DNA from: an uncultured Planctomycetia bacterium
GTDB lineage: Bacteria; Omnitrophota; Gorgyraeia; 1-14-0-20-64-10
Assembly (NCBI GenBank): GCA_964373295.1
Contig: CAYJUA010000001.1
Span: forward strand, 4,608 to 68,607
Reading direction: 5' to 3'
DNA length: 64,000 bases
This document shows positions 55,705 to 64,000 of the stretch, in pieces. The position numbers and the translations under genes were made by a program. The first letter of the stretch is position 1; each line of letters begins with the position of its first letter. Under the pieces are notes generated by a model that worked only from the letters and a program-made list of their open reading frames with translations, did no database searches and was not told the DNA's origin.

Positions 55705-56427
55705 ATGTATCCCCGGGAACGGCTCGAATACGAGCGGCAGGTTTGGAAGCGGAAACCCTCGCTGAGGATCCTGAAGGCGGACTATTATGCCCAAGTCCGC
55801 GACCACCTCCCTCCCGGGGGAAGGAAGGTGGTCGAGCTGGGCTCCGGCTGCGGGGGCCTGAAGGAGTCGATCCCCGGGGTGATCCAGACCGACATCTTTC
55901 CTACCCCCTGGGTGGATGTGGTGACCGCAGCTGAGCGGCTGCCGTTCGCCGACGGGTCGGTGGACGGGCTGATCGGACTCGATGTGCTGCACCACCTGGA
56001 GGAGCCGCTCCGGTTCTTCCGAGAAGCGGCGCGGGTGCTGCAGGCCGGCGGACGGCTGATCCTGATCGACCCCTACGTGAGCCTGGGCTCCTGGATCCCG
56101 TGGCATTACCTCCACCACGAGGCCTGCTTGATGCGGGAACCCTACAGCCTGGCCGGCCGGTTCGAGCGCGAGAACAACGCCCGGGCCACGCTGTGGTTTG
56201 ACGGCAACCGCGCCCGCACCGAAGCCCTGATCCGGCCCTTGCGCCTCCAGACGATGAAAACCTTCGACCTGTTTTATTACCCCCTCACCGGCGGGTTCCG
56301 GCCGTGGTCCTTGATCCCTCCCGGGTTCGCCCGCGGGCTGCTGCGGGCGGACCGCTGGCTCGGGAACTGGCTCGGCCGGTGGCTCGGCTATCGGATGCTT
56401 CTGGTCTTTGAAAAGGCTCCGGTATGA
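55705..56427 (+). CDS. Class-I SAM-dependent methyltransferase
   Basis: Motif I KVVELGSGCGGL and motif ...VDGLIGLDVLHHLEEP...GGRLILIDP. Confidence 0.7.
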   Translation: MYPRERLEYERQVWKRKPSLRILKADYYAQVRDHLPPGGRKVVELGSGCGGLKESIPGVIQTDIFPTPWVDVVTAAERLPFADGSVDGLIGLDVLHHLEEPLRFFREAARVLQAGGRLILIDPYVSLGSWIPWHYLHHEACLMREPYSLAGRFERENNARATLWFDGNRARTEALIRPLRLQTMKTFDLFYYPLTGGFRPWSLIPPGFARGLLRADRWLGNWLGRWLGYRMLLVFEKAPV

Positions 56428-57941
56428 GCCGACAGGCCCACCACGAGCGGATCCGGCGGCATTTCGACTCCATCGCGCCCGCTTACCTCCGCTGGAAGGG
56501 TGTGAACGCCTACTACAACAACCAGCTGATCCGCTGGTGCCGCTCCCGGGTCCCGCCGGGGCGGAGGATCCTGGACCTCGGGTGCGGGCGGGGAGACACC
56601 CTCGCGGCGCTCGAGCCCCGGGAAGGGACCGGCATCGACCTCAGCGGAGAGATGATCCGCCGAGCCGCCGTCGACCACCCGGCCTTCGATTTCGAGGAGA
56701 CCCGGATCGAGGAGTTCGAGCCGCGGAGGGAATACGACGTGGTCCTGTGCGTCAACACGCTCGAGTACACGTGGGACATCAGCGCCGTGCTGGACAAGAT
56801 CCACGCCTGTCTGCGCGACAACGGCCGGGTCCTCATCGCCACCGGGAACCCCCTCTGGTCCCCCATCTTCCACCTGGCCAGCTCCTGGGGGCTCCGGATG
56901 CCGGAATGCACGCGCCTGTTCATCACCAACAAGGACCTGGAGAACATGCTGGCCCTGCACGGGTTCGACGTGGTGGACTCCCGGATGGCGCTGCCCCTCC
57001 CGAAATTCATCCCCCTCCTGACCCCTCTTGTGAACTGGCTCCTCCCCCGGATCCCGCTCCTGAACCTGCTCTGCTCGACCCAGCTGATCACCGCCCGGAA
57101 GATCCCGCCGGTCCGAAAGGACTACTCGGTGTCGATCATCGTCCCCTGCCACAACGAGGCGGGCAACGTTGAGCGCTGTGTGCGGGAGACGAGGAGGCTG
57201 GGGCTGCGGACCGAGCTGATCTTCGTGGACGACGGATCCACCGATGGGACCGCGCAGGCGGTCCGGCCGGAGATGAACCCCGGTCTGGAGGTGAAGGTCG
57301 TCCGCTACACGCCCAACCGCGGCAAGGGCCGCGCCGTCCAGGCAGGCATCGAAGCGGCCACAGGGGACATCGTCATGATCGTGGACGCGGATCTCACCAC
57401 CCATCCCGCGGAGCTGGGCCCCCTCTACGAGGCCTTCGCATCGGGCCACGCCGAATTCGTCAACTGCACCCGCTTCGTCTATCCTCGGGAGCGCAACTCC
57501 ATGCGGATGGCCAACTACATCGGCAACAAGCTGTTCGCCATCTGGGTGAGCCTCGTGATGGAGGCGAGGGTGAGCGACACCCTCTGCGGGACGAAGGCGA
57601 TGTTCCGGTGGGACTACGACCACATGGCGATGGGCCGGGACCGGTGGGGGGATTACGACCTGCTGTTCGGCGCGGCCCAGCAGCGCCTGGTGATCCGCGA
57701 ACTGCCGGTCCACTACCAGGGGCGGCGGGCGGGCCAATCCAAGATGAAGACCCTCCGGCACACGCTCAACCTGTTCCGAATGTGCTGGCATGGGTTCTGG
57801 CAGGTGAAGACGCTCCGTCCGCTGCCACCGGCCCGCCGCCGGAAGCCCTTGCCCGCGCGCGGACCGGGGCAGGATCTCGCGGGCGCGCCGCGCGAAGCCG
57901 CGCCCTCAGCGCCCATCCTGGAAGGCGGGGAAGAGGGATGA
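56424..57941 (+). CDS. Bifunctional SAM-dependent methyltransferase (N-terminal) / family-2 glycosyltransferase (C-terminal)
   Basis: ATGA overlap. MTase motif RILDLGCGRGDTL. GT2 part SVSIIVPCHNEAGNVERCV...LIFVDDGSTDGT...IVMIVDADL. Confidence 0.75.
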   Translation: MSRQAHHERIRRHFDSIAPAYLRWKGVNAYYNNQLIRWCRSRVPPGRRILDLGCGRGDTLAALEPREGTGIDLSGEMIRRAAVDHPAFDFEETRIEEFEPRREYDVVLCVNTLEYTWDISAVLDKIHACLRDNGRVLIATGNPLWSPIFHLASSWGLRMPECTRLFITNKDLENMLALHGFDVVDSRMALPLPKFIPLLTPLVNWLLPRIPLLNLLCSTQLITARKIPPVRKDYSVSIIVPCHNEAGNVERCVRETRRLGLRTELIFVDDGSTDGTAQAVRPEMNPGLEVKVVRYTPNRGKGRAVQAGIEAATGDIVMIVDADLTTHPAELGPLYEAFASGHAEFVNCTRFVYPRERNSMRMANYIGNKLFAIWVSLVMEARVSDTLCGTKAMFRWDYDHMAMGRDRWGDYDLLFGAAQQRLVIRELPVHYQGRRAGQSKMKTLRHTLNLFRMCWHGFWQVKTLRPLPPARRRKPLPARGPGQDLAGAPREAAPSAPILEGGEEG

Positions 57942-58759
57942 GCAGCCTCGCGGAAGGCGGTTTTGTTCAGAGTGCCCTCCTCCGGACGTACCGCGCAGCC
58001 GTTGACACGGGCCTGCTGAAGAGCCGGGTCGGGGTGCCTCTCTACGAATGGGGCTATGGATGGTACAAGGCGCGTGTGGAGGCCCCGTGGCTGCGCCTCC
58101 TGCGCCCCTTCGTCCGGCCGGGGAGTACGGCGGTGGACGTGGGCGCGAACATCGGGTTTTTCAGCCAGCCCTTCGCGCGCTGGGTGGGCTCGGAGGGGCG
58201 CGTCGTCGCCATCGAGCCGGAGCCGGCCAATTTCGAACGGCTCCGCCGCCGGATGCGCCGCGGGATGGAGGAGGGCCGGGTTTTTCTTCACCGGGCGGCG
58301 GCCGCCGAGCGGGGGGGAGAAACCTTCCTGACGCTCAACCCTTACCACCCTGGAGACCACCGCCTCGGAGATTCGGGCATCCGGGTGCGCGCCGTGACGC
58401 TGGACGCCCTGCTGGATCAGACCCCGTCGCCCCCTGTTTCCTTGATCAAGATCGACGTCCAGGGCGCGGAGACGAGGGTCATCGCCGGGGCTCGGCACAT
58501 TCTTGCGGAATCCCGCCCGGCGCTGTGCGTGGAGGTGGACGACTCGGCGCTCCGGCAGCAGGGAAGCAGCTGCTCGGAATTGGCGCGGATCCTGCAGGCC
58601 CTGGGCTATCGGGCCCGCAGGCTGCGTCCCGGATCCCTCTCGGATCCGCTGGAGCCCGAAGAGGCGATCGCTCCGATGTCGCGCAGCGGGACCTACGCGG
58701 ATTTCCTGTTCCTCCGGGACGGGGATCCCGGGAGGGGCGGGGAGGGGCGTGCCGAATGA
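57938..58759 (+). CDS. FkbM-family methyltransferase
   Basis: ...GSTAVDVGANIGFFSQPFA...VVAIEPEPANFERL...LIKIDVQGAETRVIAGA... is the pattern of FkbM-type O-methyltransferases. Confidence 0.7.
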   Translation: MSSLAEGGFVQSALLRTYRAAVDTGLLKSRVGVPLYEWGYGWYKARVEAPWLRLLRPFVRPGSTAVDVGANIGFFSQPFARWVGSEGRVVAIEPEPANFERLRRRMRRGMEEGRVFLHRAAAAERGGETFLTLNPYHPGDHRLGDSGIRVRAVTLDALLDQTPSPPVSLIKIDVQGAETRVIAGARHILAESRPALCVEVDDSALRQQGSSCSELARILQALGYRARRLRPGSLSDPLEPEEAIAPMSRSGTYADFLFLRDGDPGRGGEGRAE

Positions 58760-60288
58760 AGCAAGCGCAAGGGATCCTTCTTCCTGTTCTGGCGGTGGTC
58801 GGCCTGAACCTCCTGGCCCACTTCCTCCCCTTTGAGCGGGCGGCGTGGTCCGGCGACGACTTCCAGTACCTGGCGGTCTCTTCCTGGCAGGCCCGGTGGG
58901 ACCTGGTGCGGGACCATCTGACGACGGCGCTCCGGCGGCCTCTCGAGGTCTCGCACCAGGTCCTCCACTGGGGGATCGGGGAAAACCAGCTGCTCTGGGT
59001 GGCGCCTCTTTTCCTGGCCGCAAGCCTGTTCGCGGTGTCGGTCTATTTCGTGATGCGGGAACTGCTCGGCGACCCCCGGCTGAGCCTGGCCTGCGCGATG
59101 CTCTACGTGCTTCTTCCCAACAAAGCGCAGCTTTACAGCTACGTCGCTTACACGCACATCAACGCCGTCTACACCTTCACGGCGGCAAGCCTGGCCTTTT
59201 TTCTGGCCTACCTCAGGACGTCGCGGCGGACCTGGCTCTGGGCCTCGCTGGCCTGCTACACGCTCACCCTCTTCTGGTACGAGCTGGGCTTCTTCCTTCC
59301 CCTTGTGCTGGCCGCGACGGCGGCTCTGTACGGCAAAAAGAAGATGGGGGCCTGTCTCTTCTTCCTCCTGCCCATCCTCCTCAACGTGCTCTGGAGAGCC
59401 GGCGTTCTCCTGGGACAGGACTTCCTTCTAAAGCCTGAATGGGTGGGGGGAACCGCGTTGTGGCCGAAGTTCATCGACGGGGCGGGGAGCCTCTATTTCG
59501 GGCGGCAGATGCTGAAGTTCCTCCTTTACGGCCTGGGCCGTTTTCCTTCCATGGATCTGCCCTGGCTGGCGGCCTTGACGGCGGCCGATGCCCTGGTCCT
59601 CGGGGGGATGTATCGGTGGCTTCGGAAAAAACCGCTGCCGCCGGTCCCCGGGAGGGCGCTGGGCGTCGCGGCCGCGGCGTGGATTTTCCTGATGATCCCC
59701 GCCGCCATGGGGCACGGGATCCTGGACCGGCACACCGGCCTGTCCTCCATCGGTTTCGCCGTCTTTCTTGCGGCGGCCGCCCGCTTCGCCACCGGCTCCC
59801 GGCCCGTCCTTCTGGCGGCCTTCCTGACCCTGCTTTCCGGCGTGGGCCTGGTCGTCTGCCAGACGACGGCCTGGAACCAGGTCGTTTCCTGCCGGATCAA
59901 CCACGCGGTCCTGGAAACGCTGCGGGAGAAGAGGCAGGCCCTCGGCTCCCTCCGCCGCACGGGTTTGGTTCTCATCGACCAGTACAGTTTCTCTGAAAAA
60001 ATCCCTTACACCTGGGTGAAGGACCCCCACAATCACCTCGATACCTATTGGGGGGTGGGGGGGATGGCGGGGGAAGGGTACGGGGGATATGTTTCCTGGG
60101 TCGCCGGGAAGAGAAAGCGCGTGGAGATCGTCCGGTCCCCGATCCGGGCGGAAGGGAGTGCGCTCACCTTCGAAGCCTACAACCCCGGCACCTATCAATT
60201 CGATCGGAGATCCGTTCCTCGGAAGGGGACGCTCCTGATCGACTACGCGGCGGTCTACCCGCGCGGCTTTCACCAGGGGAAGAGATGA
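58756..60288 (+). CDS. Polytopic membrane protein, GT-C-fold-like putative glycosyltransferase
   Basis: About 11 predicted TM segments. First loop has the acidic motif ERAAWSGDDFQYLAV. No recognisable soluble catalytic domain. Confidence 0.45.
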   Translation: MKQAQGILLPVLAVVGLNLLAHFLPFERAAWSGDDFQYLAVSSWQARWDLVRDHLTTALRRPLEVSHQVLHWGIGENQLLWVAPLFLAASLFAVSVYFVMRELLGDPRLSLACAMLYVLLPNKAQLYSYVAYTHINAVYTFTAASLAFFLAYLRTSRRTWLWASLACYTLTLFWYELGFFLPLVLAATAALYGKKKMGACLFFLLPILLNVLWRAGVLLGQDFLLKPEWVGGTALWPKFIDGAGSLYFGRQMLKFLLYGLGRFPSMDLPWLAALTAADALVLGGMYRWLRKKPLPPVPGRALGVAAAAWIFLMIPAAMGHGILDRHTGLSSIGFAVFLAAAARFATGSRPVLLAAFLTLLSGVGLVVCQTTAWNQVVSCRINHAVLETLREKRQALGSLRRTGLVLIDQYSFSEKIPYTWVKDPHNHLDTYWGVGGMAGEGYGGYVSWVAGKRKRVEIVRSPIRAEGSALTFEAYNPGTYQFDRRSVPRKGTLLIDYAAVYPRGFHQGKR

Positions 60289-61046
60289 GAACCGCTGAGC
60301 AGGGCTTCGACCTGCGGGGGAAGACCGCCGTGGTCATCGGGGGGGCCGGCCACCTCTGCTCCGTGCTGGCCGGGGCCATGCAGGGGCGCGGTATGAAGGT
60401 GGCGGTGCTGGACCCCCTCCCCCCCGGCAGGGTGCCGGGAGACCGGAGGGCGGGGGAGCTCTACCTGCAGTGCGACGTTACGTCCAAGCCCCGACTCGCC
60501 CAATGCCGGGAGCGGATCCTCCGGCGCTTCGGCAGGGTTGACGTCCTGCTCAACGGGGCCGGCGCCAATGCCCCCACGCCGTTTTTTAAAATCACGCCGC
60601 AGGAGATCCGCCGGATCATGGGCGCGCACGTAGAAGGGCTCATCTACAGCTGCCAGGTTTTCGGCGAGACCATGCTCCGGCAGAGGTCGGGCAGCATCAT
60701 CAACTTCGCGTCGGTCTCCGCAGGCCCGCCGCTGTCCAAGGCCTTCGTCTATTCAGCGGCCAAGTCGGGGGTCGTCAGTCTCACGCAGAACCTGGCCCGG
60801 GAATGGGCGCCGTACAACGTGCGGGTGAACGCCCTCAAGCCCGGCTTTTTCCCCACGGAGTGGAGCATGAAGCATTTCATCGACAAGGGCAGGAAGGCGG
60901 ACATCTTCCGACACACCCCCATGCGCCGGTTTGGCCGTCCCGAAGAGCTCGTCGGGGCGGTCCTGTGGCTCGCCTCGGATTCGGCCGGCTTCGTGACCGG
61001 ATCGGTGGTGACGGTGGACGGCGGTTTCACCGCCATGACCCTATGA
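60285..61046 (+). CDS. Short-chain dehydrogenase/reductase (SDR) family oxidoreductase
   Basis: TAVVIGGAGHLCSVLA glycine-rich motif. Catalytic YSAAKSG (YxxxK). Confidence 0.8.
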   Translation: MRTAEQGFDLRGKTAVVIGGAGHLCSVLAGAMQGRGMKVAVLDPLPPGRVPGDRRAGELYLQCDVTSKPRLAQCRERILRRFGRVDVLLNGAGANAPTPFFKITPQEIRRIMGAHVEGLIYSCQVFGETMLRQRSGSIINFASVSAGPPLSKAFVYSAAKSGVVSLTQNLAREWAPYNVRVNALKPGFFPTEWSMKHFIDKGRKADIFRHTPMRRFGRPEELVGAVLWLASDSAGFVTGSVVTVDGGFTAMTL

Positions 61047-61795
61047 GAAACGGCGCGCTGCGCGTCGCAGTCACGGGCGGCAACCGGGGAATCGGGCGGG
61101 CCATCGCGGAGCTGTTCCAGAGCCGGGGCCACCGGGTGGCGGTCTGCTCCCGCTCGCCGCGGGGTCCCCGCCTGCCCAAGGGAATCCTCCATTTCCGGCT
61201 CGATGCCGGCCGGCGGGAGCAGGCCCGGCTCTTCCTCCGCGGAGCGAGAAAACGTCTGGGGGGCCTGGACGTGATCATCAATTCGGCCGGCACCTCGTTG
61301 TGGAGAGCCCTGCCGGACGTGGACGAGCGGTTCGTGGAGGAGATGTTCCGATCGAACCTGCTCAGCGCCCTCTGGACCTGCGCGGAGGGGGCCCGGTTCC
61401 TGAAGCGGGGCGGGGTGATCCTCAACGTCTCGAGCCTTGCCGGCAAGCGGGGGAGCGCCAACAACAGCGTCTACTGCGCCGCCAAGTTCGCATTGAACGG
61501 CGTCACCCAGGCGCTGGCCAAGGAGCTCGGCCCCCAGGGTGTCCGGGTGAATGCCGTCTGCCCGGTGTACGTGAAGACGCGTCGCATCCTGCGCTCCCTT
61601 TCCGATCCCGCCTCGCCGGCCGGAGGCAAGGGCGTGGAGCGGTACCTGGCGCAGTTCGCCTCCGGCCAGACCGCGCTCGGGCGCCTCCCCACGGACAGGG
61701 AGGTCGCGGAGGTGGCCTACTTTTTAGCCAGCCCCGCCGCGGCCGCCGTGACCGGCCAGTGCCTGAACGTCGACTGCGGGGCACTGCCTCAGTAG
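61043..61795 (+). CDS. Short-chain dehydrogenase/reductase (SDR) family oxidoreductase
   Basis: VAVTGGNRGIGRAIAE glycine-rich motif. YCAAKFAL catalytic motif. Confidence 0.8.
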   Translation: MRNGALRVAVTGGNRGIGRAIAELFQSRGHRVAVCSRSPRGPRLPKGILHFRLDAGRREQARLFLRGARKRLGGLDVIINSAGTSLWRALPDVDERFVEEMFRSNLLSALWTCAEGARFLKRGGVILNVSSLAGKRGSANNSVYCAAKFALNGVTQALAKELGPQGVRVNAVCPVYVKTRRILRSLSDPASPAGGKGVERYLAQFASGQTALGRLPTDREVAEVAYFLASPAAAAVTGQCLNVDCGALPQ

Positions 61796-61807
61796 GGGGA
61801 TTCCAGC

Positions 61808-62587
61808 ATGCCCGACATCAGGATTGCAGCGATTATTCCAGCCCGGATGGCCTCCCGCCGTTTCCCCGGGAAACCCCTCCTCAAGATCGAGGGGCTTCCG
61901 ATGGTGGAGCACGTCCGACGGAGGGCCTGCCTCTGCCGCGGTTTTTCCGAGGTGGCGGTGGCCACCTGCGACGAGGAGATCGCGCGGGCCGTCAGGGGCT
62001 TCGGAGGCCAGGTGGTGATGACCTCCCCCGACCACCCTGCGGCCACGGACCGGGTGGCCGAGGCGGCCCGGAAGATCGACTGCACCCACGTCGTCAACGT
62101 GCAGGGGGACGAGGTGCTCGTCCTGCCGGCCGACCTGGAGCGGATGGCGCGGGGGATTCGATCGGAGCCGGACGCGCCGGCGTGGAACGCCATGGCGCAC
62201 GTGGAGCGGGCAGGTGAGCTGTCCGACCCATCCGTCGTCAAGTGCGGCGTCTCCGTCTCCAGCCGGATCCTGTTCTGCGCGCGGGACCTCTCCCATCTTG
62301 CGGGGACGTTGAAGGCCCCGTGGGAAGGGGTGCGCAGGATCCTGGGGATCCTGGGCTACCGGAAGGATTTCCTCGAACGCTACCTCACGATGGGGCGGAC
62401 CCCCCTGGAGAGGGCCGAATCGATCGACCAGTTCAGGATCCTCGAGCACGATGTCCCGCTCCGGGGAATCCTCTTCCACAAGGGATACCTGGGGATCAAT
62501 GAGAGCAGGGAGCTGCCGGTGGTCCGATGCTTCCTGGAGAAGGACCCGCTCCAGCAGGCGGTCCTCCAGGATGTCCTGGCCGGATGA
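61808..62587 (+). CDS. KdsB/NeuA-family 3-deoxy-2-ulosonate (CMP-Kdo / CMP-nonulosonate) cytidylyltransferase
   Basis: MPDIRIAAIIPARMASRRFPGKPLLKIEGLPMVEHV...VVNVQGDEVL... is colinear with CMP-Kdo synthetase. Confidence 0.8.
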   Translation: MPDIRIAAIIPARMASRRFPGKPLLKIEGLPMVEHVRRRACLCRGFSEVAVATCDEEIARAVRGFGGQVVMTSPDHPAATDRVAEAARKIDCTHVVNVQGDEVLVLPADLERMARGIRSEPDAPAWNAMAHVERAGELSDPSVVKCGVSVSSRILFCARDLSHLAGTLKAPWEGVRRILGILGYRKDFLERYLTMGRTPLERAESIDQFRILEHDVPLRGILFHKGYLGINESRELPVVRCFLEKDPLQQAVLQDVLAG

Positions 62588-63507
62588 GCGCGCCCCGCGT
62601 CTACATCGCCCTCCAGAGCTTCTGCGAGTGGGATGATCAGCCGCTCGACCTCCTCCGCGAGGCGGGGATCGAAATCCGGAGGAACACCCTCGGCCGTCGG
62701 CTGCGCCGGGAAGAGGTGGCCGCCGCCCTCGGCGACAGCGACGCCGTCCTCGCCGGGGTGGAGCCGTACGACGCGCAGATCCTCTGCGCCCTCCCCCACC
62801 TGCGCTGCATCAGCCGCTGCGGGGTGGGGACCGATTCGATCGACCTCGAGGCGGCCCGCAGCCGGAAGGTCGCGGTGCTGACCACGGCGGAGGAGGCGGC
62901 CGAACCGGTCGCCCAGCTGACCGCCGCGATGATCCTGGCGCTGGCGAGGAACATTCCCCAGCATGTTCGGGAGATGGCCGTGGGGGAGTGGAAGAAGCAG
63001 ACCGGGCACCTGCTCTCGGAATGGAAGATCGGCTTGGTCGGCTTCGGCAGGATCGGGCAGGCGGTGGAGCGCTGCCTGCGGCCGTTCGGGCCCGCGGTGC
63101 TCGTCCACGACCCCCAGATGGACGCCTCCAAGTTGCCGCCGGGGATCCGGGCGTGCATCCTGGAGGAGCTGCTGGGGGAGTCCGACCTGGTTTCGCTCCA
63201 TGCCGCCCGACGGGCGGAGCAGGGGGTCCTCCTGGGGGCCCCGGAGATCGCCCGCATGAAGAGAGGCAGCCGCCTCGTCAACACGGCGCGCGGCTACCTG
63301 CTCGATGAGAAGGCGCTGGCCGCGGCGCTGGAGTCGGGCCACCTTTCCGCCGCCGCCCTCGATGTCTTCCAGGAAGAGCCGTACACCGGGCCGCTGGGCC
63401 GGCTGCCCCAGGTCCTCCTGACTCCCCATGTGGCCACGCTGACCGAGTCCTCCCGCGCGGCGATGGAGCTCCGGGCGGTGCGCAACCTCCTGGAGTTCCT
63501 CCAATGA
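62584..63507 (+). CDS. D-isomer-specific 2-hydroxyacid dehydrogenase family NAD-dependent oxidoreductase
   Basis: KIGLVGFGRIGQAVERCL NAD motif. ...LVNTARGYLLDEKALAAAL... and ...LTPHVATLTE... Confidence 0.8.
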   Translation: MSAPRVYIALQSFCEWDDQPLDLLREAGIEIRRNTLGRRLRREEVAAALGDSDAVLAGVEPYDAQILCALPHLRCISRCGVGTDSIDLEAARSRKVAVLTTAEEAAEPVAQLTAAMILALARNIPQHVREMAVGEWKKQTGHLLSEWKIGLVGFGRIGQAVERCLRPFGPAVLVHDPQMDASKLPPGIRACILEELLGESDLVSLHAARRAEQGVLLGAPEIARMKRGSRLVNTARGYLLDEKALAAALESGHLSAAALDVFQEEPYTGPLGRLPQVLLTPHVATLTESSRAAMELRAVRNLLEFLQ

Positions 63508-64000
63508 GCCCGGCCGTCTCGGTCGTGGTCATCGCCTACAACAAGGCCGATACCATCGGACCGGCCATCGAGTCGGTCCTCCGCCAGACCTACACCGACT
63601 ACGAGCTCCTGGTCGTGGACGACGGCTCCACCGACAATACCGCCGGGGTGGTGGGCCGGTACGGGACGCGGGTGCGGTGCCTCCCCAAGGAGAACGGCGG
63701 GACCGGCTCCGCGCGGAACCTGGGGATCGCACAGGCGAAAGGGAAGTACGTCGCCCTGCTGGATGGGGACGATCTGTGGCTGCCGGGCAAGCTGGAGCGG
63801 CAGATGGCCGCGTTCGAGCGGGAGCCGGGGATCCTCGCGGCGCAGTGCAGCGCCTACCTCGTGGATGAGCGGCTCCGCGTCTTCGACCTGCGGGTCTGCC
63901 GGCCGGAGCGGGACACACTGAAGGATTTCCTCCTGTTCCGGAACCTGCCGGCTTTCTCCTCCACCGTCGTGGTGCGCCGGGAAGCCCTCGATGCCGTGGG
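63504..64000 (+). CDS. Family-2 glycosyltransferase, N-terminal fragment (3' end outside window)
   Basis: MSPAVSVVVIAYNKADTIGPAIESVLRQTYTDYELLVVDDGSTDNT...YVALLDGDDLW is the classic GT2 N-terminus. Open to the window edge. Confidence 0.75.
   Translation, partial: MSPAVSVVVIAYNKADTIGPAIESVLRQTYTDYELLVVDDGSTDNTAGVVGRYGTRVRCLPKENGGTGSARNLGIAQAKGKYVALLDGDDLWLPGKLERQMAAFEREPGILAAQCSAYLVDERLRVFDLRVCRPERDTLKDFLLFRNLPAFSSTVVVRREALDAV

Noticed and set aside
1-64000. Search for CRISPR arrays, tRNA/rRNA genes, IS elements, integrases and prophage genes.
   Set aside because: No direct-repeat/spacer periodicity, no cloverleaf-like or rRNA-like segments, and no transposase, integrase or recombinase motifs seen. 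The only selfish element is the intein.

Overview
This window is a visibly GC-rich bacterial glycan-biosynthesis island (roughly two-thirds G+C by eye). After one divergent gene on the minus strand (LhgO-like FAD oxidase, 503..1714), about 57 genes all run on the plus strand from 1766 to the window edge. Most adjacent gene pairs overlap by 4 nt (ATGA or GTGA), which suggests a few very long operons. No rRNA, tRNA, CRISPR array, IS element or integrase was recognised. The only mobile-type element is a full-length LAGLIDADG intein inside a UDP-glucuronate-decarboxylase (UXS)-like gene.

The locus has several modules:
1. NDP-sugar tailoring enzymes: UXS, Fcl-like synthase, RmlD-like reductase, a PseB-like dehydratase, a CDP-paratose-2-epimerase-like enzyme, two Gfo/Idh/MocA oxidoreductases, DegT-type aminotransferases, a fused E1 alpha-beta TPP enzyme, and a TylC3-like C-methyltransferase.
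2. Sugar activation: a GHMP kinase, a GmhA-like SIS isomerase, and a nucleotidyltransferase fused to a winged-helix/Rossmann domain.
3. A nonulosonic-acid module: NeuB/PseI-like synthase, GNAT, a cytidylyltransferase fused to a class-III aminotransferase, and a second KdsB-like cytidylyltransferase.
4. Transferases: three DPM-synthase-like GT2 genes, two GT4 genes, three TagF-like GT-B genes, and four polytopic GT-C-like membrane proteins (two of them a tandem paralog pair).
5. A very dense methylation suite: at least eight class-I/FkbM methyltransferases, a methyltransferase-GT2 fusion, and two B12-binding radical SAM enzymes.
6. A MsbA-type ABC exporter.

The most unusual part is a compact set of genes at about 45.7-55.7 kb that resembles the fosfomycin phosphonate toolkit. 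It contains a PEP mutase fused to a nucleotidyltransferase-like domain, an XRE-HTH-fused paralogous nucleotidyltransferase, an HTH+cupin protein, an Fe-alcohol dehydrogenase, and a B12-radical-SAM enzyme. It is flanked by TagF-like and LtaS/EptA-like transferases rather than a hydrolase. No phosphonopyruvate decarboxylase was recognisable. This points to a possibly undescribed phosphonate (2-hydroxyethyl- or 2-hydroxypropyl-phosphonate-type) decoration of a polysaccharide.

All functional calls are based on motif and architecture recognition by eye, without database searches. Start codons were chosen by frame arithmetic against the supplied ORF track.
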